Below, piece by piece: positions 20,921-29,548 of a DNA stretch of 64,000 bases. A program made the translations under genes and the position numbers. Source of the stretch: a virus. The number at the start of each line of letters is the position of its first letter. Position 1 is the first letter of the stretch. A model generated the notes under the pieces. The model saw only the letters and a program-made list of their open reading frames with translations, was not told where the DNA came from and did no database searches. The stretch lies in the IMG/VR virus record IMGVR_UViG_3300020175_000005, positions 1 to 64,000 of that record; one strand, written 5' to 3'.

Positions 20921-21676
20921 ATGGCTAAACGAGCTCGTAAAACTAAAAAACAAGAACATTATCAAAAAGATCATCAAGGCGGAAGATCGCCTGATGTAAT
21001 TCAGATAAACAACTACAAACAACGTCACAGTCAAGTTAATATTATACCACGTAACTTGTCACAAGAAACGTATGTTGACTTATTAGATGACGACAGTAAA
21101 AGTATTATTTTTGCTATGGGACCGGCAGGTACCGGTAAAACACTATTGGCAGTACTTTCAGCAATCCGTGCGCTTAAAAACGGCGAGATTGATAAAATTG
21201 TAGTTACACGACCAGCTGTGAGTGTTGATGAACAACACGGCTTCCTACCAGGATCATTAGTAGAGAAAATGGCACCATGGACTCGTCCAATATTTGATGT
21301 ATTTGAAGAGTACTGGAGCCCGCTGCAAATTGAAAGTATGATCGCAGACAATATTATTGAAATTGCGCCACTTGCTTATATGCGAGGTAGAACTTTCAAG
21401 AATTCATGGATTTTAGCAGACGAAATGCAAAACGCAACACCTTCGCAAATGAAGATGCTGCTTACACGTATTGGCGAAAATTCACGTATTGTAGTGACAG
21501 GTGACCTTGCACAACATGACAGAGGATTTGAACAAAATGGCTTAAAAGATTTTATTAAACATCTGGCAACTAAGAAAAGCACTATGATTGACTATGTAGA
21601 ATTTGCTAGAAAAGACGTCGAAAGACACCCAGCTGTTCAAGAAGTATTGGACATTTATGGAGACGAAGATATTTAA
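20921..21676 (+). CDS. phoH: PhoH family ATPase
   Basis: GPAGTGKT, GFLPG, LAYMRGRTF, DEMQN, TGDLAQ, RHP; AGGAG RBS before 20921. Confidence 0.95.
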   Translation: MAKRARKTKKQEHYQKDHQGGRSPDVIQINNYKQRHSQVNIIPRNLSQETYVDLLDDDSKSIIFAMGPAGTGKTLLAVLSAIRALKNGEIDKIVVTRPAVSVDEQHGFLPGSLVEKMAPWTRPIFDVFEEYWSPLQIESMIADNIIEIAPLAYMRGRTFKNSWILADEMQNATPSQMKMLLTRIGENSRIVVTGDLAQHDRGFEQNGLKDFIKHLATKKSTMIDYVEFARKDVERHPAVQEVLDIYGDEDI

Positions 21677-22251
21677 TCGTTGACGATAACGTCAACAATT
21701 TCAGCCCAATTGGCTACTCGCACAATATCATCGTTAACATAGTTGCTGTTGTGATCATGTTCGATAAGAATGCTTTTAAGTCCTAGCTTGAGACCACACT
21801 CGGCGTTCTCAGCCTTGTCTTCAAGCCAATACATTCCAGTACCCTCGTATGGAGCCAGTGCATCATCTTTATCTGCACCAGTATCCAAACAAACAACATC
21901 CAAAAACACATTTTTACCGAACAGATTCTTTAGGTTGCTTATACGCAACATACGAGCCTTTTCATCCAAGCTCAGGCTAGTAATACACACAAACTGGTAT
22001 CCAGCTTCAACTAGCTTTGCGACACCGCTACGTGCATCACGTAAAGCTGGCAGGAAGCCCATCCAAGCACTTTCGTTAAATTCACGGATTAACTTTTTGC
22101 ATTCTGGCCGACTAATACCGAATGCTACATCCATTTCATAAACGCCTTCTACGACACGAACGTATCCTTTGGAAGACATCCAATCAAAAAAGGTGTCTGC
22201 CCAATCGCAAAGTACACCATCACAGTCGGTTAGGATAATTTTGTCTGTCAT
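21673..22251 (-). CDS. HAD-family 5'(3')-deoxyribonucleotidase-like protein (T4 30.2-like)
   Basis: ILTDCDGVL, CITSL, WLED motifs. Confidence 0.85.
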   Translation of the reverse strand: MTDKIILTDCDGVLCDWADTFFDWMSSKGYVRVVEGVYEMDVAFGISRPECKKLIREFNESAWMGFLPALRDARSGVAKLVEAGYQFVCITSLSLDEKARMLRISNLKNLFGKNVFLDVVCLDTGADKDDALAPYEGTGMYWLEDKAENAECGLKLGLKSILIEHDHNSNYVNDDIVRVANWAEIVDVIVND

Positions 22252-22286
22252 ATTCTCATCTTTCTTCTTTATTAACTTATATTATT

Positions 22287-22315
22287 AGTATACAGTAAGG
22301 CGTCTTGGTTGTCAA
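22287..22315 (-). promoter_or_regulatory. early promoter
   Basis: TTGACA-17-TATACT with CAAGACGCCTT spacer. Confidence 0.75.
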
Positions 22316-22330
22316 GCCTTTTTTTAATTT

Positions 22331-22603
22331 TTATGCCGGTGCTAACATGCTAGCAGTTACTTTCCACTGTGTAGACGAGCTGTTATCCATTACAACTACA
22401 GTCTTTTGATTAACTTTGGTAACACGGCCTGTTACTTTAACATTACGACGTCCAGTAAATGATACAGTGTCACCTATTACAAACGAACGTGATGCTTGAC
22501 GAGCAAGGTATGTTTGGCGCAACTTGATTGCCTCGATTGCTTGGTTAAGCTCTTCGCGGTCCATACGTGCAATTTGATCTACTACTGTTTTTACCATAGC
22601 CAT
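22331..22603 (-). CDS. small SH3/KOW-like hypothetical early protein
   Basis: GDTVSF...GRVTKVNQKTV.V....WKV. Confidence 0.7.
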   Translation of the reverse strand: MAMVKTVVDQIARMDREELNQAIEAIKLRQTYLARQASRSFVIGDTVSFTGRRNVKVTGRVTKVNQKTVVVMDNSSSTQWKVTASMLAPA

Positions 22604-22639
22604 TGTGTTATTCCTTGCTTTTGTTTAACTTACTCATAT

Positions 22640-22712
22640 AATATAGCAGTAAGACGTCTTGATGTCAAGAAAAAACGCAAGAAAGGTTTCCTGCGTTTTC
22701 AATGGGTTATAA
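22640..22712 (-). promoter_or_regulatory. early promoter cassette
   Basis: TTGACA-17-TATATT, AAGACGTCTT at 22651-22660, upstream hairpin GAAAACGCAGG..CTTGCGTTTT. Confidence 0.82.
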
Positions 22713-22715
22713 TTT

Positions 22716-24026
22716 TTATTGGTTAGTTCGATATACTGCATTAAGGTCGATAAAAACTTGACCTGGTATCATCCAGTACTCCCCAGGCTTGGTTATGTGC
22801 TTGGTTGTCCAAGTACCAACCCTACCATCAAAGGCATTCTCATATCCAAACTCTCTGCCCAATCCTGGCTCATATTTTTTCCAATAGCGTAATGAATGCC
22901 TGACTGCCAGTTGCGGACCCGCTGTATTTTTTTCACGTTGCTTCCAAGGCTTGAGCAAATCTGTCCAAGGAATATTATCTGGGCCAGTTCCGATATCCTT
23001 CTTTGCGTATTCCAAAAATATACCAGCGTCGTCATTCCAAACATTGTCAAATGCAATACGCAATGCCTCATGCACTTTTTTACCTTCAGGCATAGTATGG
23101 TTAAGGAAGTCATACCCCAATGTATCAAGAATTTCCACATACATACTCATATAATAAGGCACATCTTTGTAGTAAGACATTGCTCGGTTACCACGTGATG
23201 CCATACCAGCATGTATTCCACGGGAATCAAAGATAGTGGTTACATATTGCAAACTATCAATACCTTCATCCCAAAGCTCTTGGTTACTAAAAAGTAGTCC
23301 GCCCAACATCTTTGCATAGGTGTAACGGAAACGTGTGCTACCACAATCATCAACGAATGTAGTTTTGATAATTTTTACACATCGTGGTCGAGATTGATTG
23401 TCACTGGAAAAGTTGACCAGTGTTAGTTTATTTAATTCTGACTGTATCCATTTGTCTACTTGGACTCGCTGCTTGGGAGTGAAATCAAATCTAGGATATT
23501 CAATAGCATATGCTTCCATCAAATATGCCCAAAATTCATGATACTCATATGATCCATGAAACGAGCGTGGATGACGAATACTTTTGTTGTCGCTCCAGTA
23601 AAGCATAAGATTTTTTAGCATATCACGATCACCGTGATACTGTCTATGTTGCAAGTCAGTCCAACAGTCAATTATTTGCGAATCGCCTTTTCCGGCATAC
23701 TTGTTCCAATTTTGGAATTTGCTTTCGCACACTCCACGTGCTGGATTGTTTGCCTTGCCGCGTAGTCTAACAAACTTGTTCTGACGAGTGATACTATCGT
23801 ACTTCTGATAATCTGAGATAAACTGCCATTGATCTGGAAGTTCAATATCCATCAGCGGTGTTCTCAAATTTGTCCACCTTTTCGGCACACTATAACTACT
23901 AGTAGTTCTGCCGTATTTGTCACCAGTGAATGATGATATTGGTGCCGATTTCGGCGAGCTGTCGCCTGTCGTTGTCTGGCAAGCAGATATAGTTAGTGAT
24001 AAAATTATTAAGAGTACGTATTTCAT
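22716..24026 (-). CDS. lipoprotein, alginate-lyase-like alpha-helical domain
   Basis: Lipobox ISA-C; SRGNRAMSY segment reminiscent of alginate lyase family proteins. Confidence 0.55.
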   Translation of the reverse strand: MKYVLLIILSLTISACQTTTGDSSPKSAPISSFTGDKYGRTTSSYSVPKRWTNLRTPLMDIELPDQWQFISDYQKYDSITRQNKFVRLRGKANNPARGVCESKFQNWNKYAGKGDSQIIDCWTDLQHRQYHGDRDMLKNLMLYWSDNKSIRHPRSFHGSYEYHEFWAYLMEAYAIEYPRFDFTPKQRVQVDKWIQSELNKLTLVNFSSDNQSRPRCVKIIKTTFVDDCGSTRFRYTYAKMLGGLLFSNQELWDEGIDSLQYVTTIFDSRGIHAGMASRGNRAMSYYKDVPYYMSMYVEILDTLGYDFLNHTMPEGKKVHEALRIAFDNVWNDDAGIFLEYAKKDIGTGPDNIPWTDLLKPWKQREKNTAGPQLAVRHSLRYWKKYEPGLGREFGYENAFDGRVGTWTTKHITKPGEYWMIPGQVFIDLNAVYRTNQ

Positions 24027-24080
24027 GACTCATCCTTTTGTTAATTACTAATAAGAGTATATAACAAAGTATTTTGGTTG

Positions 24081-24380
24081 TCAATGATTTTTGTTGAATT
24101 TTTTGTAAAGACCAGTTAAGTCCACTGGTTGACTGTTTTCTTTGGGGATAAGTTTATTTTTATTTAACAGAACCTTGTATGCGCCAGTGTTTGGATCCAT
24201 ACGTGAGCATGATTTGGTATATTGATTATTGTGTACCCAAGCGACTAGTTCAGATCCAATCTGTCCATGCCCAGTGATAATTACAGTACTTTTGCTGCCA
24301 TTATGATAGCAGTTAGCGACATGTTGATTAAACTTTCTCCAAGCACTATGTACAGTATAACCATGCAAATCTAAAGTCAT
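24081..24380 (-). CDS. standalone Smr domain protein
   Basis: LDLHGYT, VIITGHG, NTGAY motifs; start at MTLDLHG (ATGA overlap). Confidence 0.85.
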   Translation of the reverse strand: MTLDLHGYTVHSAWRKFNQHVANCYHNGSKSTVIITGHGQIGSELVAWVHNNQYTKSCSRMDPNTGAYKVLLNKNKLIPKENSQPVDLTGLYKKFNKNH

Positions 24381-24574
24381 CCGCCGCCTTGGAATCTTCC
24401 ATCCCTTGGCACATACCAATTCTTTTGATTATGTATTTTTCCCATAAGGGAAGTGATTTCACGTACAGTATCGAAGTCTCCACGGTTACTTGCCATAGAG
24501 ATCATATTTAGAAGTGCCTTTTCAATAAGAGCTAGTTCAGCTACTGATATGTTAAATTGTTCGTTGGGCTTCAT
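24377..24574 (-). CDS. hypothetical protein
   Basis: Part of an ATGA-coupled chain; LMGKIHNQKNWY. Confidence 0.7.
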   Translation of the reverse strand: MKPNEQFNISVAELALIEKALLNMISMASNRGDFDTVREITSLMGKIHNQKNWYVPRDGRFQGGG

Positions 24575-24774
24575 AATTTCATCACAAACTCCATGCCACT
24601 AAAATTAGCAACATAAACACCAGGCTTGATGCGATGGAAATTTAATGGAATAGTTTCAAAAGCACATCGTATTGTACCGTTTTGTTGACTAATAAAATCA
24701 ACTTCTACTTCCTGGTCACGATCAGTGCACCATACTTTGATACGATCAGGTATAGTAATTTTTCCATTTTTCAT
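24571..24774 (-). CDS. hypothetical protein
   Basis: Part of an ATGA-coupled chain. Confidence 0.7.
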   Translation of the reverse strand: MKNGKITIPDRIKVWCTDRDQEVEVDFISQQNGTIRCAFETIPLNFHRIKPGVYVANFSGMEFVMKL

Positions 24775-24965
24775 TTTTTTTCCTCATCAAAAGGAACGAC
24801 TACTGCGTTCTTCCAAATTTTTGAAGCTTCTAAGGCTTCATCTACAGTGTCATATGTTTGTACTTGTAAATCCCAACATCTGCCACCATTATCCTTTGTT
24901 ACATATATAACATCATCAGGAGAAAGTTCCAATAGTATTGCCCACTTGTGGTCCGAGGTTGTCAT
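24771..24965 (-). CDS. hypothetical protein
   Basis: Part of an ATGA-coupled chain. Confidence 0.7.
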   Translation of the reverse strand: MTTSDHKWAILLELSPDDVIYVTKDNGGRCWDLQVQTYDTVDEALEASKIWKNAVVVPFDEEKK

Positions 24966-25360
24966 CGTCTCATACTCGCAATGTCTTTTGCGTCTTCTTT
25001 TTTATCAGCAAAGATTGGAACCATGTTTGATTTGTGCATGGTTGCGATGCCAAGCAACTGTCTTTCACCGCTATAAGTGTTACCTTCACGGGCTGGACCA
25101 TGTCCTGCAATCTGATCGCTAGTTGGCACGGTATTGCGACTATCTGACTTATAATCTGGGATACCATGAATACCTAGGCGCTTTCCTTGTGCATTACGTT
25201 TGGCTTTTAATTCTAATTGTTCGGGATGTACTCCCATTTTACGCAGATATTTATCGTGATCCGCTTCTGCTTTTAATTGCTTGGCAGTTTTTTTACGATT
25301 GGATTTTTTACTGTTGTATTTTGTTGTGGTCATATAAGGACCAACTAAGTGCATAGACAT
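24962..25360 (-). CDS. conserved basic phage protein
   Basis: GIATMHKSNMVPIF...DIASMRR; GGAGG RBS. Confidence 0.8.
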   Translation of the reverse strand: MSMHLVGPYMTTTKYNSKKSNRKKTAKQLKAEADHDKYLRKMGVHPEQLELKAKRNAQGKRLGIHGIPDYKSDSRNTVPTSDQIAGHGPAREGNTYSGERQLLGIATMHKSNMVPIFADKKEDAKDIASMRR

Positions 25361-25428
25361 TACGATACCTCCAAAGTAAATATTATAGTACTATATTAGA
25401 GCAATTAGTATACTATGTCAAGTATTAA

Positions 25429-25998
25429 TTAACCATCCCATAGTTGGTCGGCGTCTCTCCAGTCGCCCTGTACATAATTAATGATCACACTATATCTCAA
25501 GTCAGTAACAACTTCAGGCTTAACACCATGAATAATTTCGCCGCCTGCGTGAGTCATCCATCCAGTGTTGTTTACAAATGGAACAGTATAGAATTGTGTA
25601 TCCCAATCCTTGTATATTGTTGTACCCCAATTTGGTTCACCGTCACCCATATAAATTTGCAAAGTGATTAGTTTTTCAGGTATGTCGATGTGCTTGTCTA
25701 GATGACTTCCCAGATTATCCGCAACCAGTTCAACACGTAACTTCCCATGAGTACAGTCGACACCAGTAATATCAGTAAACAAGTCTTTTTTATTCAAATA
25801 TGGTTCAAAAACTGAACGGATGTCAGCTGAGCTATTCTTAGTAACAAATGTTCTAATCGAACTTGCATCTCCACGATTGCCATTGATATCAATCGGCGTT
25901 TGTGGAACATGATTCATAATAATTTGTTGTTCTTCTTGGTTGAAGACTTTTTTTACATGGAACCACTTGCCTGGCTCTGTGTGTAGATCAATCTGCAT
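25429..25998 (-). CDS. 2OG-Fe(II) oxygenase
   Basis: HxD (KHID), distal H (IHGV), R-x-S (RYS). Confidence 0.8.
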   Translation of the reverse strand: MQIDLHTEPGKWFHVKKVFNQEEQQIIMNHVPQTPIDINGNRGDASSIRTFVTKNSSADIRSVFEPYLNKKDLFTDITGVDCTHGKLRVELVADNLGSHLDKHIDIPEKLITLQIYMGDGEPNWGTTIYKDWDTQFYTVPFVNNTGWMTHAGGEIIHGVKPEVVTDLRYSVIINYVQGDWRDADQLWDG

Positions 25999-27202
25999 CG
26001 TTTTTTAAGCCTTCTGCTAGCAACGGCAAGTAATCATCAACATATCTTTCTCGATATTGATCTTGGGCTTTAGTGTATCTCTGTAACCTGTCATACATAA
26101 CGTCAACCGGCTCACGCTCAAGCATTGTCAAGCAATCGTTAATAACACGATGTTCATTGGGATCTGCAATTTTTTCATTTTCCAACAAGCGTTGAATATT
26201 TTCCTTGGCCACTTCTTTGAAGTTCGCTGGACAATTACGTGCCTGAAAATGTTGAGGTCCTACTAATACACGCATATTTACATGTCCGCGCCCGAAGTAT
26301 TTACTGACGTATTCATAAAACTCATATAGGTTATTTGCGTTGTATACCTGGAAGCTGCTGTTCACACTAACATAAAACCAAGTATGGTTTCTTTCTGCAT
26401 TTGCATATGATGCCAATTCTTCTACAAAGTTATCAAAGTCGTTCCATGAAAAAGCACCATCACTGCGCATGTACTCAAACAAGTCGCCGACTGCATCCAT
26501 ACTAAGATCAAAATTTAGCTTCTTGAATATTTTAAATCTATCAAGTTGTTTGATACTAACTTTACTGCCGTTAGTGGTAATACTAATACGAATCTTTGAC
26601 GGATCAGCATATTCTTCCAATAAGTCAATTGCACGCCAAATACTGTCACCCATAAATGGTTCGCCGCCTGTGATCCAAATACTTACAACATCTTTTAGTT
26701 TGTGTTTGTTTGCAAGTAAAAATTCTTCAACATTGTTGATATTTTTATGATTTTCTGGCTCATGCTTGTGCCATGGAAAATCGTTTTCTTGCAACCAGCG
26801 ATGCTCAGGTATTAAGCTATTACTGTATCTAGGACTGCACATACGACACTTAAAGTTGCAAACGTTGTTGAAGTTTAAGAATAGGTGCTTAATAGTATTG
26901 TCAGTGATTTGGGGATTATCCCATGCATCATCAGAAAAGTTTTTTCTTGCATCACCATAAAGCCAATTCTGGCGTTGACTTCTAACACCAGATTCTTCTT
27001 TCATCTTACAGTTAATACAGCCTTCGTCATCCCATTCTCCGCGAAGCATGTCTTTTCTTAATTTTTGGAAACTTGGATTATCCCAATCCAAATCTTCACG
27101 ATTAGACATATATTCTTCACTCATCATACAACGAGTCAAAGCACCAGTTGGGTGTAAACTCACTGCATTGAAAGGAATAGGACACCATGAGTCACTGTGC
27201 AT
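25988..27202 (-). CDS. radical SAM protein with N-terminal SPASM/twitch-like domain
   Basis: CNFKCRMC, TGGEPF, ITTNGS; start at MHSDSWCPIPF. Confidence 0.9.
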   Translation of the reverse strand: MHSDSWCPIPFNAVSLHPTGALTRCMMSEEYMSNREDLDWDNPSFQKLRKDMLRGEWDDEGCINCKMKEESGVRSQRQNWLYGDARKNFSDDAWDNPQITDNTIKHLFLNFNNVCNFKCRMCSPRYSNSLIPEHRWLQENDFPWHKHEPENHKNINNVEEFLLANKHKLKDVVSIWITGGEPFMGDSIWRAIDLLEEYADPSKIRISITTNGSKVSIKQLDRFKIFKKLNFDLSMDAVGDLFEYMRSDGAFSWNDFDNFVEELASYANAERNHTWFYVSVNSSFQVYNANNLYEFYEYVSKYFGRGHVNMRVLVGPQHFQARNCPANFKEVAKENIQRLLENEKIADPNEHRVINDCLTMLEREPVDVMYDRLQRYTKAQDQYRERYVDDYLPLLAEGLKNDAD

Positions 27203-27221
27203 GTTGCCTTTTTTTAAGTGA

Positions 27222-28076
27222 TCAGTCATTAGCGATTGATGCCTTGAACAAGTATCCACTGTGTACCCACATCTCTTGTCCTGTTTCGTTCTCCACAAAC
27301 CACCAAGTACCCTGGCGTTGAATGACTTCAACTTTACTATCTAGAGCGAGTTTATCTACGACATCAAATTTAGTACCTGGTCCGCTTCTTCCGTTAAGAT
27401 AGTTGGATACCTTGTGTACTTTCCAAACCCAATCAATATCAACATCATTACGACTGTTGTTAATCAAATCATAAACTCGTCCATCCATGCATGGTCCTGG
27501 ATCTGTTTTGCGTCCTGGTGCAATCATATCATGGCCCACTGCTTCCATAAGAGTGTACTCTGCCATCATCTCCTGCCCTACTGCAATAAGTGCATTAACC
27601 TGCTCAGGCGTAAAGGGAACCCACCCAAAAACTTGCCCGTTTGGATTGTTGGGGTGTGGTGCTTCAATAATGTTGGAGTCGTTAATTGTTTCTCCCCACC
27701 ATGCCTTGAAGTTTCCGTTTGCTGTTTTAGTAAGCGGACCTGGATTGCATACTTCAATACCAATTGAATGTTTATTGAGGTTTGTCATGCCTGCCCAACT
27801 ACTTTTGCCTGCATGCCATGCTTTGCGATCTAGTTCAACATTCTGTGCCCATGTGCCATCAGTATCCAAGCATAAATGCGCTGATGTTTTAGCTGACGGT
27901 TTTTGAAAATATTGAGCTGTGCCTTTTGCACTACTTTTACCTGCTGTATAGTGAATTACCAAAAACTTTGGTTCAATTTTGTCACCTTGGTTTGGTGTTG
28001 GATAAAAGTCTACCTGTTGCCAATCACCACCATCTTGGATAGTGTAGAGCAATCCGTTTTTAATTTTATATTCCAT
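27222..28076 (-). CDS. N-acetylmuramoyl-L-alanine amidase (endolysin) with C-terminal SH3b domain
   Basis: VIHYTA, SAH, AWHAG, SIGIE, GH..IAPGRKTDPG; C-terminal LNGRSGPGT..W..V.....WVH. Confidence 0.9.
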   Translation of the reverse strand: MEYKIKNGLLYTIQDGGDWQQVDFYPTPNQGDKIEPKFLVIHYTAGKSSAKGTAQYFQKPSAKTSAHLCLDTDGTWAQNVELDRKAWHAGKSSWAGMTNLNKHSIGIEVCNPGPLTKTANGNFKAWWGETINDSNIIEAPHPNNPNGQVFGWVPFTPEQVNALIAVGQEMMAEYTLMEAVGHDMIAPGRKTDPGPCMDGRVYDLINNSRNDVDIDWVWKVHKVSNYLNGRSGPGTKFDVVDKLALDSKVEVIQRQGTWWFVENETGQEMWVHSGYLFKASIAND

Positions 28077-28240
28077 TATTCAGCCTTCCAGAATGTCCAT
28101 GCGCCATATGCGATTGCTGCATATGCAAATAGGTCGAGAGGCATGATAAGCATTAATACACCGACAGCAACGAGCATTGCTCCGTCCCATGATGTACGTT
28201 CATCTAGTCTTGTTTTTAGCCAATTGATTGGATTAAACAC
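28076..28240 (-). CDS. small membrane protein, possible holin (54 aa)
   Basis: Manual translation (GTG start) ...RLDERTSWDGAMLVAVGVLMLIMP..AYAAIAYGAWTFWKAE; AGGAG RBS; TAATG coupling to the endolysin. Confidence 0.7.
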   Translation of the reverse strand: MFNPINWLKTRLDERTSWDGAMLVAVGVLMLIMPLDLFAYAAIAYGAWTFWKAE

Positions 28241-28280
28241 AATAATATCTCCTTTATTAACTGCTAATATTATTTATCCT

Positions 28281-28377
28281 TGGAGATGGGGAGGGAATCG
28301 AACCCTGCTTGAACACTCTGCTTCATCCGCCTGCCCTGGATTTAACGAAACAGCATAGCACACCTTGCCAGCCCATC
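28281..28377 (-). ncRNA. tRNA-like RNA with aberrant, extended anticodon arm
   Basis: GATGGG/CCCATC-T-CCA acceptor; T-arm AGGG-TTCGATT-CCCT; D-like hairpin TGGCA/TGCTA; 9-bp CTGTTTCGT/ATGAAGCAG arm. Confidence 0.7.
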
Positions 28378-28388
28378 AGTTGTATTTA

Positions 28389-28465
28389 TGGTACTCCCCG
28401 AGGGACTCGAACCCCCAACCAAAGCGTTATGAGCGCTCTGCTCTAACCAATTGAGCTAGAGGAGT
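28389..28465 (-). tRNA. tRNA-Ile2/Met (CAT)
   Basis: Cloverleaf, loop CTCATAA, CCA end; C4-G69 and C5-G68 suggest a TilS substrate (Ile2). Confidence 0.9.
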
Positions 28466-28472
28466 ATTATTT

Positions 28473-28560
28473 TGGCAGACAGGGTGGGATTCGAACCCAC
28501 GGAACCTTTCGGTTCGCCGGATTAGTAATCCGGTGCCTTAAGCCTCTCGGCCACCTGTCC
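28473..28560 (-). tRNA. tRNA-Ser (ACT)
   Basis: CCGGA-TTACTAA-TCCGG anticodon arm, long variable arm, G73, CCA. Confidence 0.9.
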
Positions 28561-28566
28561 TAAAAA

Positions 28567-28764
28567 TTAATCTTCTAGTTTCTTCTCGTGATTTTCCTCA
28601 ATGCGCTTTTGTACAGCTGCTTTGGGTCTTCCACGTTGCCATTTCAAGATAATATCCTCATCTTCTGTCTTTGCGCCAGGTGGACATTTAGTAATTTTAT
28701 TTCCCCTTGCCAACCATTGTTTAACGGCCTTACTTTCAGCTTCTGATGTTTTAAGTCTTGCCAT
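28567..28764 (-). CDS. small protein, possible SutA-like RNAP-binding motif
   Basis: AVKQWLARGNKITKCPPG. Confidence 0.6.
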   Translation of the reverse strand: MARLKTSEAESKAVKQWLARGNKITKCPPGAKTEDEDIILKWQRGRPKAAVQKRIEENHEKKLED

Positions 28765-28787
28765 ATATGTTTTTTACTTCCTTGTTT

Positions 28788-28872
28788 TGGTACCCGCGGC
28801 CGGACTCGAACCGGCACGCCATGAAGGCCACAGATTTTAAGTCTGTTATGTCTACCATTCCATCACGCGGGC
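28788..28872 (-). tRNA. tRNA-Leu (TAA)
   Basis: Loop CTTAAAA, variable arm, CCA. Confidence 0.95.
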
Positions 28873-28875
28873 AAT

Positions 28876-29178
28876 TTATTCTTGAGTATGGCTAGGTGTT
28901 GTTTCCAACATTGTCGCCATTTTGTTAATATAATTTTCTATCTGATGAGGTTTTAAAAACCCTCTTACTTGATCATCAGAATGTGTTACTGGAGGAAACG
29001 ATACCATTGTATCTCCTTTAAAGATGCCTAGCTCATATCGTTCTAATTCAAAACCATAGCTACCAGCATGTCTTACAATGCTCATACGATAGTCAGAATC
29101 TTGAAATTTAACAATTGCTTGAATAGCATTGTTTCCTAAATGAGGAACATCATTAAATTTTAGATCATCAAACTTCAT
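28876..29178 (-). CDS. conserved phage hypothetical protein
   Basis: F...Y.MSIVRH.GSYG....YELGI...DDQVRGFL. Confidence 0.75.
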   Translation of the reverse strand: MKFDDLKFNDVPHLGNNAIQAIVKFQDSDYRMSIVRHAGSYGFELERYELGIFKGDTMVSFPPVTHSDDQVRGFLKPHQIENYINKMATMLETTPSHTQE

Positions 29179-29193
29179 CGTTTCTTCCTTTAT

Positions 29194-29270
29194 TGGCGAC
29201 CCCTGGAGGATTCGAACCCCCGGCCTAGTGCTTAGAAGGCACTTGCTCTATCCAGCTGAGCTAAGGAGTC
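29194..29270 (-). tRNA. tRNA-Arg (TCT)
   Basis: Loop CTTCTAA, A20, CCA. Confidence 0.95.
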
Positions 29271-29280
29271 ATGTTTGTAG

Positions 29281-29502
29281 TTATTTGAAAACTTTTTCAA
29301 TTTCCTTAAGATGTTCACTTTTGGATTTATATTCTGAACGTCGTTCAGTAACCAAAGAAGTTTTGTTCATATTTACGTATTCAATTTCTTCCAAAATTTC
29401 AATACGCTCACGAAGCTTTTTCAATGCCAATCTTGCATCTTCGCTTTTGGATTTAGAAATTTCACTGCGTATAATATCAATAATTTGGCGGCTAGTAATC
29501 AT
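29281..29502 (-). CDS. hypothetical protein
   Basis: GAGGAG RBS; sigma70-like promoter at ~29529-29557. Confidence 0.7.
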   Translation of the reverse strand: MITSRQIIDIIRSEISKSKSEDARLALKKLRERIEILEEIEYVNMNKTSLVTERRSEYKSKSEHLKEIEKVFK

Positions 29503-29548
29503 TGCTGTTCTCCTCAGTTGTTATATACAATATACTATATAAGATAAC

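Noticed and set aside
28281-28377. tRNA-Sec or SRP (4.5S) RNA
   Set aside because: No TCA anticodon and no 8-bp acceptor. The CAGG...AAGCAG string resembles SRP helix 8 but lacks the 3-bp stem with GNRA loop, and the element ends in a T-arm and CCA.
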